Shown here piece after piece: positions 1 to 13,080 of a DNA stretch of 64,000 nucleotides (its first letter is position 1; the number at the start of each line of letters is the position of its first letter). This DNA is from Octopus bimaculoides. Lineage: Eukaryota. The notes beneath the pieces were generated by a model. It saw nothing but the letters and a program-made list of their open reading frames with translations, searched no databases and was not told the origin of the DNA. A program made the translations under genes and the position numbers. Where the stretch lies: positions 161,310,357 through 161,374,356 of the forward strand of contig NC_068983.1 in assembly GCF_001194135.2 (NCBI RefSeq), read 5' to 3'.

Positions 1-298
1 TGATGATGGGAGGAAGAGGAGAAGGAAGAGGATGACGACGACGATGTACACGTTATAAGAGTGATGAATTTTGAAGGTTGGATTGGTTTATCCGCATTTC
101 TGTCATAGTTCATGCGGATTTCAAGAGAACAATTACTCAACACACTGAGTCGACAGTGCAGCTACTTCTGTTTATTATGCTAACCGTAGTGCACCATTGT
201 CAAATAGAACTATTTGAAAGTGAATTGTGCCACTTGTAGATATAGTACCGTACACATAATAGGATTTGGGGTTGGAAGATTTGTTTGTATTGTTGTTG

Positions 299-678
299 TT
301 GGCACTCCGTCGCTCACGACGTCGAGGGTTCCAGTTGATCCGATCAACGGAACAGCCTGCTCGTGAAATTAACGTGCAAGTGGCTGAGCACTCCACAGAC
401 ACGTGTACCCTTAACGTAGTTCTCGGGAATATTCAGCGTGACACAGTGTGACAAGGCTGACCCTTTGAATTACAGTTACAACAGAAACAAGAAGAAAGAG
501 TGAGAGAAAGTTGTGGTGAAAGAGTACAGCAGGGTTCGCCACCATCCCCTGCCGGAGCATCGTGGAGCTTTAGGTGTTTTCGCTCAATAAACACTCACAA
601 CGCTCGGTATGAGAATCGAAACCGCGATCCTATGACCGCGAGTCCGCTGCCCTAACCACTGGGCCATTGCGCTTCTAC
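299..678 (-). mobile_element. tRNA-derived SINE, family A (full length, ~380 bp)
   Basis: Reverse strand opens with a tRNA-like head (A box TGGCCCAGTGG, B box GGTTTCGATTC); near-identical copies at 5647-6022 and 55837-56219. Confidence 0.9.
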
Positions 679-777
679 TGTAGATATTGTACCGTACACA
701 TAATAGGATTTGGGGTTAGAAGAATATAACTGATTAAATTCTCATCACCACCACTATTACCTCCCTATATTTGTCTA

Positions 778-1567
778 CTAGCACGCCGGGTGAAACGCTT
801 AGTGGTATTTCGTCTGCCACTATGTTCTGAGTTCAAATTCCGCCGAGGTCGACTTTGCCTTTCATCCTTTCGGGGTCAAAGTAATAAGTATCAGTTACGC
901 ACTAGGGTCGATGTAATCGACTAGCCCCCTTCCCCCAAAAAATTTTCAAGGCCTTGTGCCTAGTATAGAAATAATTATTTTTCCTGCCAAAAGAATACAA
1001 GGCAAAGTTGACTTCTATTAGATTTGAACCCCTCTCATTACTCTCCTATTAACAACATCACCAAAATAATAATAATGGTTTCAAATTTTGGCACAAGTCC
1101 AAGAATTTCGGGGTAGGAGGTAAGTCGATTATATCGACCCCAGTACTCAACTGGTACCTATCTTATCGACCCTGAAAGGATGAAAGGCAAAGCTGACCTC
1201 AGCAAAATTTGAACTAAGAACGATAAGAGACATAAAATGCCACTTAACATTTTGCCCAACTGGTTAATGATCCTGCCAGCTCACTGCAAGAAGAAGAAGA
1301 AGAAGAAGAAGAAGGAAGAGGAGGAGGAGGAGGAGGAGGAGAAGAAGAAGGAGGAGAAGGAGAAGAAGAAGAAGGAGAAGGAGAAGAAGAAGAAGGAGAA
1401 GAAGAAGAAGGAGAAGAAGAAGAAGGAGAAGAAGAAGAAGGAGAAGAATAATAATAATAATAATAANNNNNNNNNNTAATAATAATAATAATAATATTAA
1501 TAATATTAATAATATTAATAATAATAATAATATTAATAATAATAATAATATTAATAATATTAATAAT

Positions 1568-1600
<33 letters not shown>

Positions 1601-2157
1601 CCTTTCTACTAAAGGTAACAGGCCTGAAATTTGTGAGGAGGGGACTATTCAATTACATCGACCTTGGTGGGATTTTAACTCAGAATGTAGCAGCAGACAA
1701 AATATTGCTAAGCATTATACCTGGCATACTAACGATTCTGCCTGCTCACCACCTTAGGTAATAATAATAATAATCCTTTCTACTATAGGCACAAGGCCTG
1801 GATTTTGTGGGGATGGGGACAGTTGATCACATTGACCACAGTACTCAACTGCTACTTAATTTATCGACCCCCAAAAGGATGAAAGGTAAACTCAACCCCA
1901 GCAGAATTTGAACTCAGAACGTAGCACCAGGCTAAATACCGCTAAGCATTTTGCCCGGCATGCTAATGATTCTGCCAGCTCACCACTTTTGGTAATCATC
2001 GTCGTTTAACGTCCACTTTCCATGCTAGCATGGATTTGATGATTTGACTGAGGACTGGTGGACCAGGAGGCGACACCAGGCTCCAATCTGATTTGGCAGA
2101 GTTTCTACAGCTGGATGCCCTTCCTAACGCCAACCACTCCGAGAGTGTAGTGAGTGC

Positions 2158-2192
<35 letters not shown>

Positions 2193-2412
2193 CCTTTCTA
2201 CTATTGGTGCAAGGCCTGAAATTTTAGGGATGGGAACTAGTCAATCACATCAACCCCAGCACTTGACTAGTACTAACTAAATTTATTGACCCCAAAAGGA
2301 TGAAAGGCAAAGTCGACCTCAGCAGAATTTGAACTCAGAGCGTAGTGGTAGACGAAATATCACTAAGTTATTTCACTCAGCATGCTAACATTCTGCCAGC
2401 TCCTCGCCTTAG
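778..2412. mobile_element. Cluster of five family-B SINEs (+778-979; -1068-1285, -1598-1757, -1770-1990, -2188-2412) plus one family-D tail (-1995-2159)
   Basis: Shared core GAGTTCAAATTCCGCCGAGGTCGACTTTGCCTTTCATCCTTTCGGGGTCGATAAA..GTACCAGT (resembles the Meta/MESC SINE core, from memory) and (ATT)n tails. Confidence 0.9.
1287..1600. repeat. Compound (GAA/GAG)n and (AAT)n microsatellite with a 10-N gap
   Basis: Seen directly; explains the poly-Lys/Glu ORF 1237-1479. Confidence 0.98.
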
Positions 2413-2895
2413 GTAATATAATAATAATAATTGAAATTGTAATAATAGCAATAATAGTAATGATACACTTTGGTTAATGACAAAGGAAATTGTCAGTACA
2501 TTAAAAAATATATATATGCTGCTATTATACATATATGATGCAATCTTTAACTGCCCTTATTTTTTTATTTTTTTTATATTCAAACATCGTCTTTATGGTA
2601 ATTAAATTAAATGATGTTGAGTGTTTCCTCATTTATAATTATATTATTTCATGCATGTAGATTTCCTGCTTACTTTATATAATATATTCTCAATGTTCAA
2701 TAATTTATGTCTTAGTCCTACATCTTGAAGAAATATATTATGCATAACTTCATGATCCTGAGTGGTGGCACCTTCGTAAGATAAGGTAAATAAAATATAA
2801 TGATGCTATTAGTATTAATATGATGATGATGGTTGCTCAATAATATCTCTAAAAAAATGGTAAACTTAAAATACTCTTCTCTTTTTCTATTGTAG

Positions 2896-2989
2896 AATGG
2901 AAGAATCTTGTGTCATTTGAAGACCTGCGAAGCAATCAAATGTAAGAAGACGCTAAACCTTAGTGATGAATGTTGTCCAATTTGTCCAG
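2896..2989 (+). CDS. CHRDL: Chordin-like protein, coding exon (first in window): C-terminal half of a VWC domain
   Basis: tgtag|AATGGA...TGTCCAG|gtaag; 94 nt, phase 0->1; NGRILCHLKTCEAIKCKKTLNLSDECCPICP with the VWC C-x4-C-x4-C...CCPxCP pattern. Upstream exons lie outside the window. Confidence 0.93.
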
Positions 2990-5177
2990 GTAAGGCAATG
3001 GGCTGCCTACCTTTTGATTGGACGCAAGAAGCCATGCTGGAATGTCATCCTGCTCATATGTCATCACATGCGCAGCGGATTAAGGGGCAGCATTTAGAAT
3101 AGAACATCTAGTGTATGGCTACACCTAGAGTTGGGAATTCCTAGAAAGTGTTCCCTCTATTCAAGGGATTTTTTGCTGGGAACACTTTTCACTATCAGTG
3201 TAGGGTTACATCTACTGAAAAAAATACTTCAGGGTAAGCTTATTTTTGTGTAGGTTTACCTTCTTTCTAGGAATATTTCTTGGACAATATTAATTTTGCT
3301 TTGGGTTACCACTATTAAAATAATATATTTCTCAGGTGTAGTTATTCTTAAAGCAATACACTAGAATTTTTGTATGGTGGGGGAAATAATGTACAAATAC
3401 ATCTACTTTAGAAGTATAACTAAAGAAGGATAATTTTAATGTAAAAATTCTAGATTTAATTTGAATATAGGGTTGTTTCTGATAGTTGGGTAAATTCTCA
3501 GTTGGAACTATTTTTTAATATTAAGTAGATAAGCCAATAGGTGAAGGTCATTGACACTAGGAAAGGTAGAGTTAGACTTTCTAATTAGCAATCATGTTAT
3601 CATTCATTCATTCATTCATTCATTTTTTTCATTTACTCTCACATAAGAAAAGTTAATCTCAGTCCTGCAGGCCACAAATTACCAATTAGAACCCTAATCA
3701 CTGAGTCATTTTTGTGTCTTTTTTTACTCAGTATTTATGCATATGGAACAAAATTATTTAAAGTTTCAATCAGTATCGACTACACAACCTGGCTTGTTTC
3801 CTTTACAACCCTCAAAATATTATTAGAAGGCTGTTGTTTAGTTCCTTAGTTCTTTGATGACTGGCTTGAAATAAGTCCATTCCCATCGAGATAGAACATA
3901 ATCCTGATGGAAATAAGATTACCTTGTGGCTTCTATCTCCAATATTTCGGTAAACAAAGGTGCTTAGAAACAAATGTCTTATTAAGTTGTAAGCTCAAGC
4001 AAAACACTTGCATAGGACTATACAACCATATGATTTCATAGTTTACAATCTCACCAACTCAGTCACATGCTGTCAGTACTATTGAGAGGGTTAAAACCAA
4101 TATTTTAGCTAAGTTGACACCTTGCGCACTGAGCTTTCATTACAATGAAAGCCAATACTAACCAGTCAACCAACATAGCTCAGAGCCTTTTAAAGTTTTT
4201 GAATATATCAAAAATATATATGTGATTTAAATTTATAAATCTATATTAATAGAATTTAACTGCATGCAGATCTGTTTGTACACCTGGTTATGTCCACAGT
4301 TATACATTCATAGTCACTACATGAAGACTTTGTGCTCCTGAGCAAATGTGTTAATTTCTATGCAATTACTCAACATGCTAGAAATAGCAACCAAATCTAC
4401 CATTTGACATACCCTATCATCTTAAAAAAGGAAGAACACATTTAGCAATATAATCATAGAAACACTACTTCTGGAAGAGACAAGATAGTCAAGGAGGAAA
4501 CCGAGCACTAAGAATTATCATTCATTAGCATCATTTCCTTTATCCCTCCCTCCTTCTCTCTCTCTCTCTCTCTTCCTTTACACACACACACACACACACA
4601 CACAGAGTGATTTACTGATACAAAAGGTGAAATAGAAACCACTATGTAAAAGCCAAGCATATATAATTCTTTTGTATAACTGCAGAGCTTGTATAACTTA
4701 ATAGCTAAATAATGTGTGTGTGTGTACATATATTAATGTACACACACGTACACATATATACAAAATGCATTTGCTAGAGAGTGAGAGAGAGGCGGGGTAT
4801 GAATCAGTATATATGTGTAACTATGAATAAAACACAAGATTGCTCAATAGTATCATCAATGGATATGTCTCAAAAAGACAGTCAACACTAAAGCTATTGT
4901 ATTAACAGTTTCTGTTATTGTCAACAGAAACCTACTTTTGGTAGTTTCATTTTCTTTACTGGTCATAAGTCACTATTAACCTCCATGCAGGCTGCTGGGT
5001 TGGTAGAGACAACAGTAGACTAGATAAAATGACCTACAGTACTGGGTTTTTTTCCTAGTAAATTCTAAATTCAAATGCTGCTGGTGAGGTTAACTTAGCA
5101 TATCATATCTGCAAAGTCATACACTAAGATTGATTCAATTGACTGTATTCTTCTCCTGTAAATAACAATAATAATAA

Positions 5178-5348
5178 CTGAGAGTGGAAAAATATTTAAT
5201 CCATAATTGTTAGTCTGATATGATCCCCCAGCAACTAATCTTCCCTTCTAAGAAACTTTTGCTCCTTAGTTCCCGATGAGCCATAGGTGAAATAGAATAT
5301 ATATTTTGTCAGACTAACAATTATGGATTAAATATTTTTTGCTCTCAG
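5178..5348. mobile_element. Short MITE-like element with ~40-bp terminal inverted repeats
   Basis: CTGAGAGTGGAAAAATATTTAATCCATAATTGTTAGTCTGA ... TCAGACTAACAATTATGGATTAAATATTTTTTGCTCTCAG. Confidence 0.7.
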
Positions 5349-5646
5349 GCTTAATTTGAGCATTTTATTCCAAATAGCCAGAGATAACTTCTTTTTGAAC
5401 TTGTCATCCTCTGGTATAAAAATATTAACTGTTTATTTTGTTTAGGAAAATAAATAAAACTCTGTTTTGGATAAGTGGGGGAAATAGATCTGTGATATTC
5501 ATTACTTTACCAGTTTTCACAACAAGAAATCGCAAGGACTCAACTCACTAGTAGTTTATAAGAAGAAAGGCACTATGTAGCCATTCAGCCTGCAAGAAAT
5601 TACAACCAAATCTCCCTCAACTTGCACCCTGCCATTGTTGTTGTTG

Positions 5647-6022
5647 TTGGCTCTCCGTCGCTTACGACGTCGAGGGTTTCAGTTGATCCAATCAACGGAA
5701 TAGCCTGCTCGTGAAATTAACGTGCAAGTGGCTGAGCACTCCACAGACACGTGTACCCTTAGCGTAGTTTTCGGGGATATTCAGCGTGACACAGAATGTG
5801 ACAAGACTGACCCTTTGAATTACAGGCACAACAGAAACAGGAAGTAAGAGTGAGAGAAAGTTGTGGTGGAAGAGTACAGCAGGGTTCGCCACAATCCTCT
5901 GCCGGAGCCTCATGCAGCTTCAGGTGTTTTCACTCAATAAACACTCACAACGCCCGGTTTGGGAATCGAAACCGCAATCCTATGACCGCGAGTCCACTGC
6001 TCTAACCACTGGGCCATTGCAC
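5647..6022 (-). mobile_element. tRNA-derived SINE, family A
   Basis: Colinear high-identity copy of 299-678. Confidence 0.9.
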
Positions 6023-8654
6023 CCTGCTAACCAAAAGAGAAAAAGAAGAGGGCATATAGTTCTAGACAGCAATAAAAAGATAGAATAGTCATGGTTGGAA
6101 TCCATTTGATCATATGTTTGCTCGAGTGATGTTACCTTGTTTTCTAAACAACACAACTGATATATTGATGAATCAACAGTAGTAACAGTTTATCTCTGTC
6201 TGTCTTCTTACCATCAGCATCACATAGGTGACACATTAACCAGAGCTGTAGCAACATCAGGTTTTTCTTAATATACACTTGTTGACTGGTTTATTTAACC
6301 AAACCTAATGCTCTCTATTCTCTATAGAAGAGTAATACAATGTTGTAATATTTATTTCCTTTTCAAATGCATTAGTGGCATAACTGAAGTGAAACTGGAA
6401 TCAAAACACACACATTTCACTAGAATCTTATCAGTACGGGACAGGATAGTTTGGCTTCTTATCATTCATTTAAAACTAGATACCATATTGAAATTCTATA
6501 TCCTAAAATTACCTGATTCTGGTGAATGTGGTCTGAATGAATAAGCATTTGGCACAACAACCTTTTCTTGGTCATCTGCCTTTTCTATTGTGCTCATCAG
6601 TCATATATAAGTAAACTAAACATTAATAAATCTTCATCAGTTTTCACAATGTGTGTTTAATTCTTTTGAACAACTGAACTTGCTGCTCATGGAATTGATA
6701 ATTCTCAAGCCTGTGTCACTGTGGCAAAGCTTGACCTAATTGCAAGTACAATTCATCTAATGAGCTTTCATACAGTCTTTATTTAATTTCACTCATAAGG
6801 ATTAAGTAAACTCAAGATTATGATAAAAGATAATTGCACAAGGTACCATGTTGTGGGGGAAAACCCAGGACCCCTTCTTTGTGAAATAAACTTCTTAACC
6901 TTATGATTACATTGCGTCTATTTATGCATGCACACACACGCACACACACACACACGTACACACGCACATACACACACACACATACACACACACACACATA
7001 CATACATACATACATACATACATATGTTATGTGAATGCATCTGATAAATGTCCCCTCAACTCCTGAAAGTCAATGCCTACTTCCACTTTCACAACATGAA
7101 GAAAATAAGAGATAAATTTCCCCCTGAAGAGGGTACACACCCTACAAAGGGTAACTCTAGCAGATTGTGCTGTACATATTTCTTACAAATGGACAAACTG
7201 AGGTAATGTTGATTAAGAGGAGTTTTCTATTAATTGTTGTGAACATTTCTCTTGGATTCATATCGAAACTAATGACTGGAATTGTAATAGAATGAGGTGG
7301 AAATGGAGTGCAGCTGCCACCACAATCTATATTTAATTAAACAAGATGTTATTACTATTAATAATTCTGACTATTCTAAATAAGTCTCTAAGTTCAACAA
7401 ACAACTATTTTTGTTCACCATTTTTTATTACACACTGGAAGTTTCATTGCTTCTGTCAGAGAGTACAAATGTCCTAAACGAAATTGAGTTCATTAACTGA
7501 TTTTGATTTTCATTAAATATATTACTCTTTACCTACATCATTAGTACCATCCGAAAATATACATGAACATTGCAGTATTATTGTATTTTACTACACCCAA
7601 ATAAAAAAAAATAGTGATAAAAAAACATTATTCTCAAAGGATGTATTGAGTAGGGATATAATTGTAAAATCTCAATCTGATGAAATGAAGCCGGGTTTGT
7701 TTTCAATTGGAACCATTTCACCCTGTTAATACCCTTGAGTAATTCTCATTCACTCTCCATTTCAAGTCTATGTAATAAAAAATTTAAAATAAAAAAATAA
7801 AAAAACTTTTATTGTTAGGCAGTAAGTGTCTTAAAATAGAAATTTGGTCCTAACATTATCCTCCTCTGCAATTCAGTTTTCAAATTACAGAACAAGCCAT
7901 TTCACTCAATTTAAACAGTTAGTATTCTGGAGTAAATTATGAAGATTACAACTATCCATTCTTCTAAATATTGAGCTTTTGTTCCTAGTCAAATAACACA
8001 ATATATAAATATGGTGTCAAAACTTTATATGTGAGAAAAATAATTCTGTTTTAATTTCTGTAATTCAATGGCATTTCATACTGCTTTTGGTATGTTGAAT
8101 GAATGAGAAACAAATTTCTCTTTGGTTAGACCATCAGTCTGTGATAGCTAACTCTTCCCTACAGTCAAATTCACTGAACTGATTATAGCAAAAGGACCAG
8201 TGTGTACACAGCTCAGTATGGTTGAGAGCATAAAAAACTGATGATATATGAACAATGTGGGCTTCAGTTTTGGTCATTTCTGTAACTTTCAGATAATTTA
8301 TGTCATATGCATGCATGCATGGATACATACATACATGTCTATGTACACACACACACACATGTATATTGCTGCTGAACAATGATTTTCTCTTTGATTTCTA
8401 TTTATGAACAAAACATCAAGCAGAGTTATTTTTCACAATTCAGTTTAATGAGAATAACATATGTAAATCATTGTCTTAAAAAAGTTACGTTACTTCTTGT
8501 TTGATAGAAAATAAGAATGAAATTGCATAGTATATTTAGAACCCATTTTGATTTTTCCTTTTCTCAAGGAAAGTCATGTTTATTCAGTAACAATAAATTC
8601 TCAAGAACTTCTTTTCAAATGTTTTCATGTGAATGTTTCATTATTCATTTGCAG

Positions 8655-8717
8655 ATGACCAAGAAGAGGTTGTTGATTCAAGTGCTTATCCATTCAGGCC
8701 ACATTCACCAGAATCAG
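8655..8717 (+). CDS. CHRDL: Chordin-like protein, linker exon
   Basis: tttgcag|ATGACC...GAATCAG|gtaatt; 63 nt, phase 1->1; DDQEEVVDSSAYPFRPHSPES; keeps frame between the flanking exons. Confidence 0.8.
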
Positions 8718-9824
8718 GTAATTTCAAGATGTAGAATCCTGTTATGGTATCTAGTTTTAGATGTATGATAAGAAGCCAAAGTATCTTGTGCTTATAAGTA
8801 TGCCTATTTCCTGATGTGACTTATGCATGAATAAATAGTATCTCTTGTGTGTCTGCAGAGAGTTGATTTCTCACTGTTTCTCCAGAGAGGTATGGAACTT
8901 CAGAAAAAATAACAAGACTTGTGTTGTTAAGATCATTGTCAATATAAATAAAGTCAAAGAGATGCAACTAGCAATAAAAGGCATGTTTTCAACTTGAGAT
9001 CTATGGGAAATTCTAAAAGCACATGGCATAGGAGTTAAGAAATTGAGCTCACAATCATAATTTTTGATTCAGTGTGCCCTTCAATCCAGTTGGATGCAGT
9101 TCCTGTACCAGAGGGCATATTGTGTCTTTTTCAAGACTCATTTCATTTCACATTGCTCCAGTCAACTCAACTGAAATGAGCCTCTTTTCATCTGTTACAC
9201 CATTTACATTCTACATAAGTACTTAAAACAATTAGAGAAAACATGACACTCACTACCAAATTATAATTGTTCTCATGTAACAGCTGTAGATTCTTCTGGA
9301 GATTATAACTTATTCTCCATCACTCTCTGGGATACTATAATCTATATTACTGGCCCTTTGAGAGGTTATCCTCCTCTCTACATTGCCCTTTCTCTGGAAG
9401 CTCTCTCACAATTGTATGGTATAAGCGATTATCTTCAATTGACACTGGTATTACATTCCTTGCCGGTGAGCATACGTTATTGACAGAGACTTGTATTGCA
9501 AGAAACTTACTCCTATGTTTACTGAGACTCACTGAGATATTATAAAACATAAGAGAATTGAAAATAGCAAAGCTATTAAAGTATTTTTCTACATTATATT
9601 AGCAACTTCTCTCTTATGAGCTTAAATTGTGGTATGCATCGATTCTTTTACTGGGTAATGAACAATACTCCCTTTTCTATAAAACTTACATGAGTGTCCT
9701 ATTCAAAAGATATCAATAGTTTGATAAATGCCTAATGTCAGAAATATGATTTCCCATAGGGAAAAAAATTAAGGAGCTATATTAAAAGACACCTATTATT
9801 TACTTTGTTTTCATCTCTTTTCAG

Positions 9825-9893
9825 ATGGCAAAAAGAATAATGGGAATAATGCATCACTTTCTCAAAATAATTTGTTAAATTCTTCTGAATCTG
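9825..9893 (+). CDS. CHRDL: Chordin-like protein, linker exon
   Basis: catctcttttcag|ATGGCA...GAATCTG|gtaagg; 69 nt, phase 1->1; DGKKNNGNNASLSQNNLLNSSES. Confidence 0.8.
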
Positions 9894-10918
9894 GTAAGGG
9901 TCTGGCAGTTTAAAATACATACATACATGTGATACTAGTATCAGTTTCATTTTTTATACCGAGAACATAGGTCTTTCATTTCAGAGAAGGGAGAAATCTT
10001 GTGACTTTTAATGTCTTTCCAATGAAATTAGCAACATAAGACAAGTGAATTTGTGTAAAACATTTTTTTCAATTTCCTGTGCTCTACAAAGTCAAATAAT
10101 TCAGATCAGTGTGGTAGACTGTGTACAAAACATTAACGATGCAAAGTCTGCTATTTTCTGCTATTGTTACAATTTTTTATTGATAGATTTGAAGCTCAGG
10201 CAAGACTGACATAATCTATGATAAATATAAACACATGATTGCTATTACATATGTTGGAAACTCTAGTTTAAATATAGTTAGACTAAAATAATGATTTTTT
10301 TATGCAGTCATTTAAAACATTCTTTGAACTGTAAAAACTAATATGATAATTATTTATGTAATTATTTAATTTGGAAGGTAGCAGAAAGGCAGAATGCTAG
10401 ACTAGTTTTCTTTGGGTTTTGAGCTCAAATTCAGCTACATTTAATTTTGCCTTTCACTTACTAGTGTCCATGAAATTAGTATCAACATCTAATCTATTTA
10501 TATTCTTTCATTACAAATAGAAGGTTTCGTCAACATCTGAAGTAGTTTTGATATCAAGTCATATACTTGTAAATCACAGCATTATCAAAGCAAAGTATAA
10601 TGGATTGAATCCCTACACCTAATAAGTGTATGTTTCTTAGTGTCTCAATTCTAGAAGAATGAAATTCCAACTCAACCCCAGTGGGGTTTTCACTCTGAAT
10701 GTAAAATTGGATGCATTGCTCTAACATTTAAAGAACAATGTTGATTCTTAATATTAGAAATATTTGCAAATATTTCTTTTTACAAGACAGAATTTTGAGC
10801 TATTTGAATCTAGGTTCATCAAGTCTTTACCAAATTTAGGCATTGTGTTAAAAGTTGTTTTTTTTTCTAATTACAAGTAATTAATATGAGATTGTTGCTG
10901 GTATACTTGTTCTTTTAG

Positions 10919-11022
10919 ATTATGCAAATAGTTGCACAGATGGAGCACACAAAAATGGCAGCACCTGGCATCCAGTTCTTACTCCTTTTGGACCACATCC
11001 TTGCATTCTTTGTTCTTGTATA
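10919..11022 (+). CDS. CHRDL: Chordin-like protein, N-terminal half of last VWC domain
   Basis: ttcttttag|ATTATG...TGTATA|gtaagt; 104 nt, phase 1->0; DYANSCTDGAHKNGSTWHPVLTPFGPHPCILCSCI, matching the WHPxLxxFG..C.LC.C motif of the third VWC of vertebrate CHRDL1/2. Confidence 0.95.
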
Positions 11023-12229
11023 GTAAGTAATTTTCTCTTTATATCATTGTGTATTTTACTGTATTTTCACATCTAGTGTTTAGTAACTATGTAACATAAA
11101 ATTAAAATTCCTTATTTGCATTGTGAACTGCAAACTCTGAAACAAATAATTTGCACATTTATTCTTAAAACGCTCTGCCAGATGTGAACACAAATATGCT
11201 AATTACTGTTGTGTATGTCACAGAAGAACAACTTCTCTCTTTTATGACAACAACGTATTCATAACACACTTAACTCATTGGTGCAAGGGATATATCATAA
11301 CAGAATTTTTTCTCATATAACTGCTTCACATATTTGCTGTCCAAGTAATTTGTCAACAGATCAATGCCCTCTGAAAAGAAGCAACACTATTGTTGGTGAC
11401 CTCATCATCACCATCTTCATTTTCACACTTACCAACTGTCCAACTGTTTATGTTACTGGTGTATATTGTTATTATCCAATGAAGATAAATTTGTGACTCA
11501 ACAGAAAGAAAAACAGATTTAACTTATGAGCAAATCTCTCATGTCATCAAGAAAAATGTAACAAAAGCATTTCCTTATCCAGCATGAGTAACCTCTTAAA
11601 CCAATGGGGAAAACTTCAGAAATTATCCAAATAGGAACTTATCTCAGTCAAACAAGTAAAGTTTTCAAACTAGCAAGAAGAATTTCTGGAATTTACAGCA
11701 GAAATTTCTCAGAATAAAAAACATTTTAATTTTCAGACAAATGATCTAAAAATTGGAGATGGTGGGATCATTTATACATAATTTCATATGTCACCAATGT
11801 ACCTGCCATATTACATCAGAGGAAGATGAGTAGCACCAGTGACCTTTCCCATAGTCTCTGAGAATAGAAGAATAGGAAGAATAGAAAGGAGAATAAAAAA
11901 AGTTATTCTTTGGCCAGAGATCTAATTTGAATGCTTGCAAGAGACTGAACTCCAGTAAAGACACCTAAGGATCAGATGGTGAGGTTTAAACTGAGTGATG
12001 GATTAAGTATACCATGCAAAAATGAAACAGACTCACAGTCAGGCTTCCTCACAGTTTTTGTCTTAATAAATTTTACAAACTAAATAAATTTTACAAACAA
12101 AAGCCATGAGAACCACTGCCTGGTACTGCATCAGGTATCACTTTACTTCTCAGAGTTCTTGACCTTACTTGCTTTGGTTGATGTTGAAAGAGTGGAGAGC
12201 AACTTGTTGTCAGAGGTCTCACTGGGTCT

Positions 12230-12477
12230 CTTTCTGCAAATTATAAGCTTTGGTATTTGGATGTTAATTTATCATGGAAGACACTCGACCCAAGCACCAA
12301 TCTCAAAATCCTAGCTGTCCCCAGAAGAACAGCTTTTGGGGCTTGCTCTGCACCCATGCTAATTTCAGTTTCTTTGACATATTTCTCAAACCCGGTTGTT
12401 AGTGCTCTGAGTACCCCTACAACTACCCGGATAACAGTTACTTCTCTCATTGCCCACATTCCTGCAATTTCATCATC

Positions 12478-12478
<1 letters not shown>
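12230..12478 (-). mobile_element. 3' fragment of a restriction-like-endonuclease (R4/Dong-like) non-LTR retrotransposon at a (TAA)n tract
   Basis: MWAMREVTVIRVVVGVLRALTTGFEKYVKETEIS...KAVLLGTARILRLVL resembles the RLE C-terminus (IPVVVGALG..QKTALLGTARILR); abuts (TAA)11 at 12477-12510. Confidence 0.8.
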
Positions 12479-12511
<33 letters not shown>

Positions 12512-12971
12512 GATCTTTCAAATATGTTTCCATGTCTTGCCAAGTGTCTTCCTTACATCTAGGGCAGAGAAATGCACTGTATACATTAGTAGGTCATTAA
12601 AATAAACACACCAGATTGTTCATTTACAAAGTCATGTAAGAGAGAAAAAGGGAAAGAAAGACAGAGAGAAAAAGGAAAAATAAAAAATAAAAAAGTTAAC
12701 AAATAAAATAAAGGGGGATTATTATTATTATTATTATTATTACATTTTCAAAAAGTTCATACAATTTCTGCTGCATCACCTGGTGTAAATCAGGTGTACC
12801 TTTACCCCTATGTTCCTGGAGTCTTCACCACATTGTCTTTTAGGAATACCAAATTGTCTTTGTGTCAGTTCGGTTTTGATGTGAAGTTTGTTTAACATCT
12901 TTGTGCTTGTTGATACCATTTTCATTGCATTGGATCTGCTAAATAAATGCTTCCTTTTCATTTTCTTCAAG

Positions 12972-13080
12972 AATGGACAGACTCAGTGCAGTAAAATTGA
13001 TTGTCCTAAAGTTTCATGTTCAAGACCCAGAAAAGTTGATGGCAAATGTTGCCCTGTCTGTAAAAAAAGAAAATGCAAAG
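12972..13080 (+). CDS. CHRDL: Chordin-like protein, C-terminal half of last VWC domain
   Basis: ttttcttcaag|AATGGA...TGCAAAG|gtaaga; 109 nt, phase 0->1; NGQTQCSKIDCPKVSCSRPRKVDGKCCPVCKKRKCK. Confidence 0.95.

Noticed and set aside
600-678. tRNA-like A/B boxes (also at 5950-6022, 52740-52808 and 56140-56219)
   Set aside because: These are SINE heads continuous with repeat bodies and lack an acceptor stem, so they are not tRNA genes.
1237-1479. Lys/Glu-rich 80-aa ORF
   Set aside because: Translation of a (GAA/GAG)n microsatellite ending in a gap.
9347-9550. 67-aa - strand ORF (…NVIPVSIEDNRLYHTIVRELPEKGQC…) in a chordin-like intron
   Set aside because: No recognisable domain, no convincing splice sites and no partner exons; possibly an old repeat fragment.
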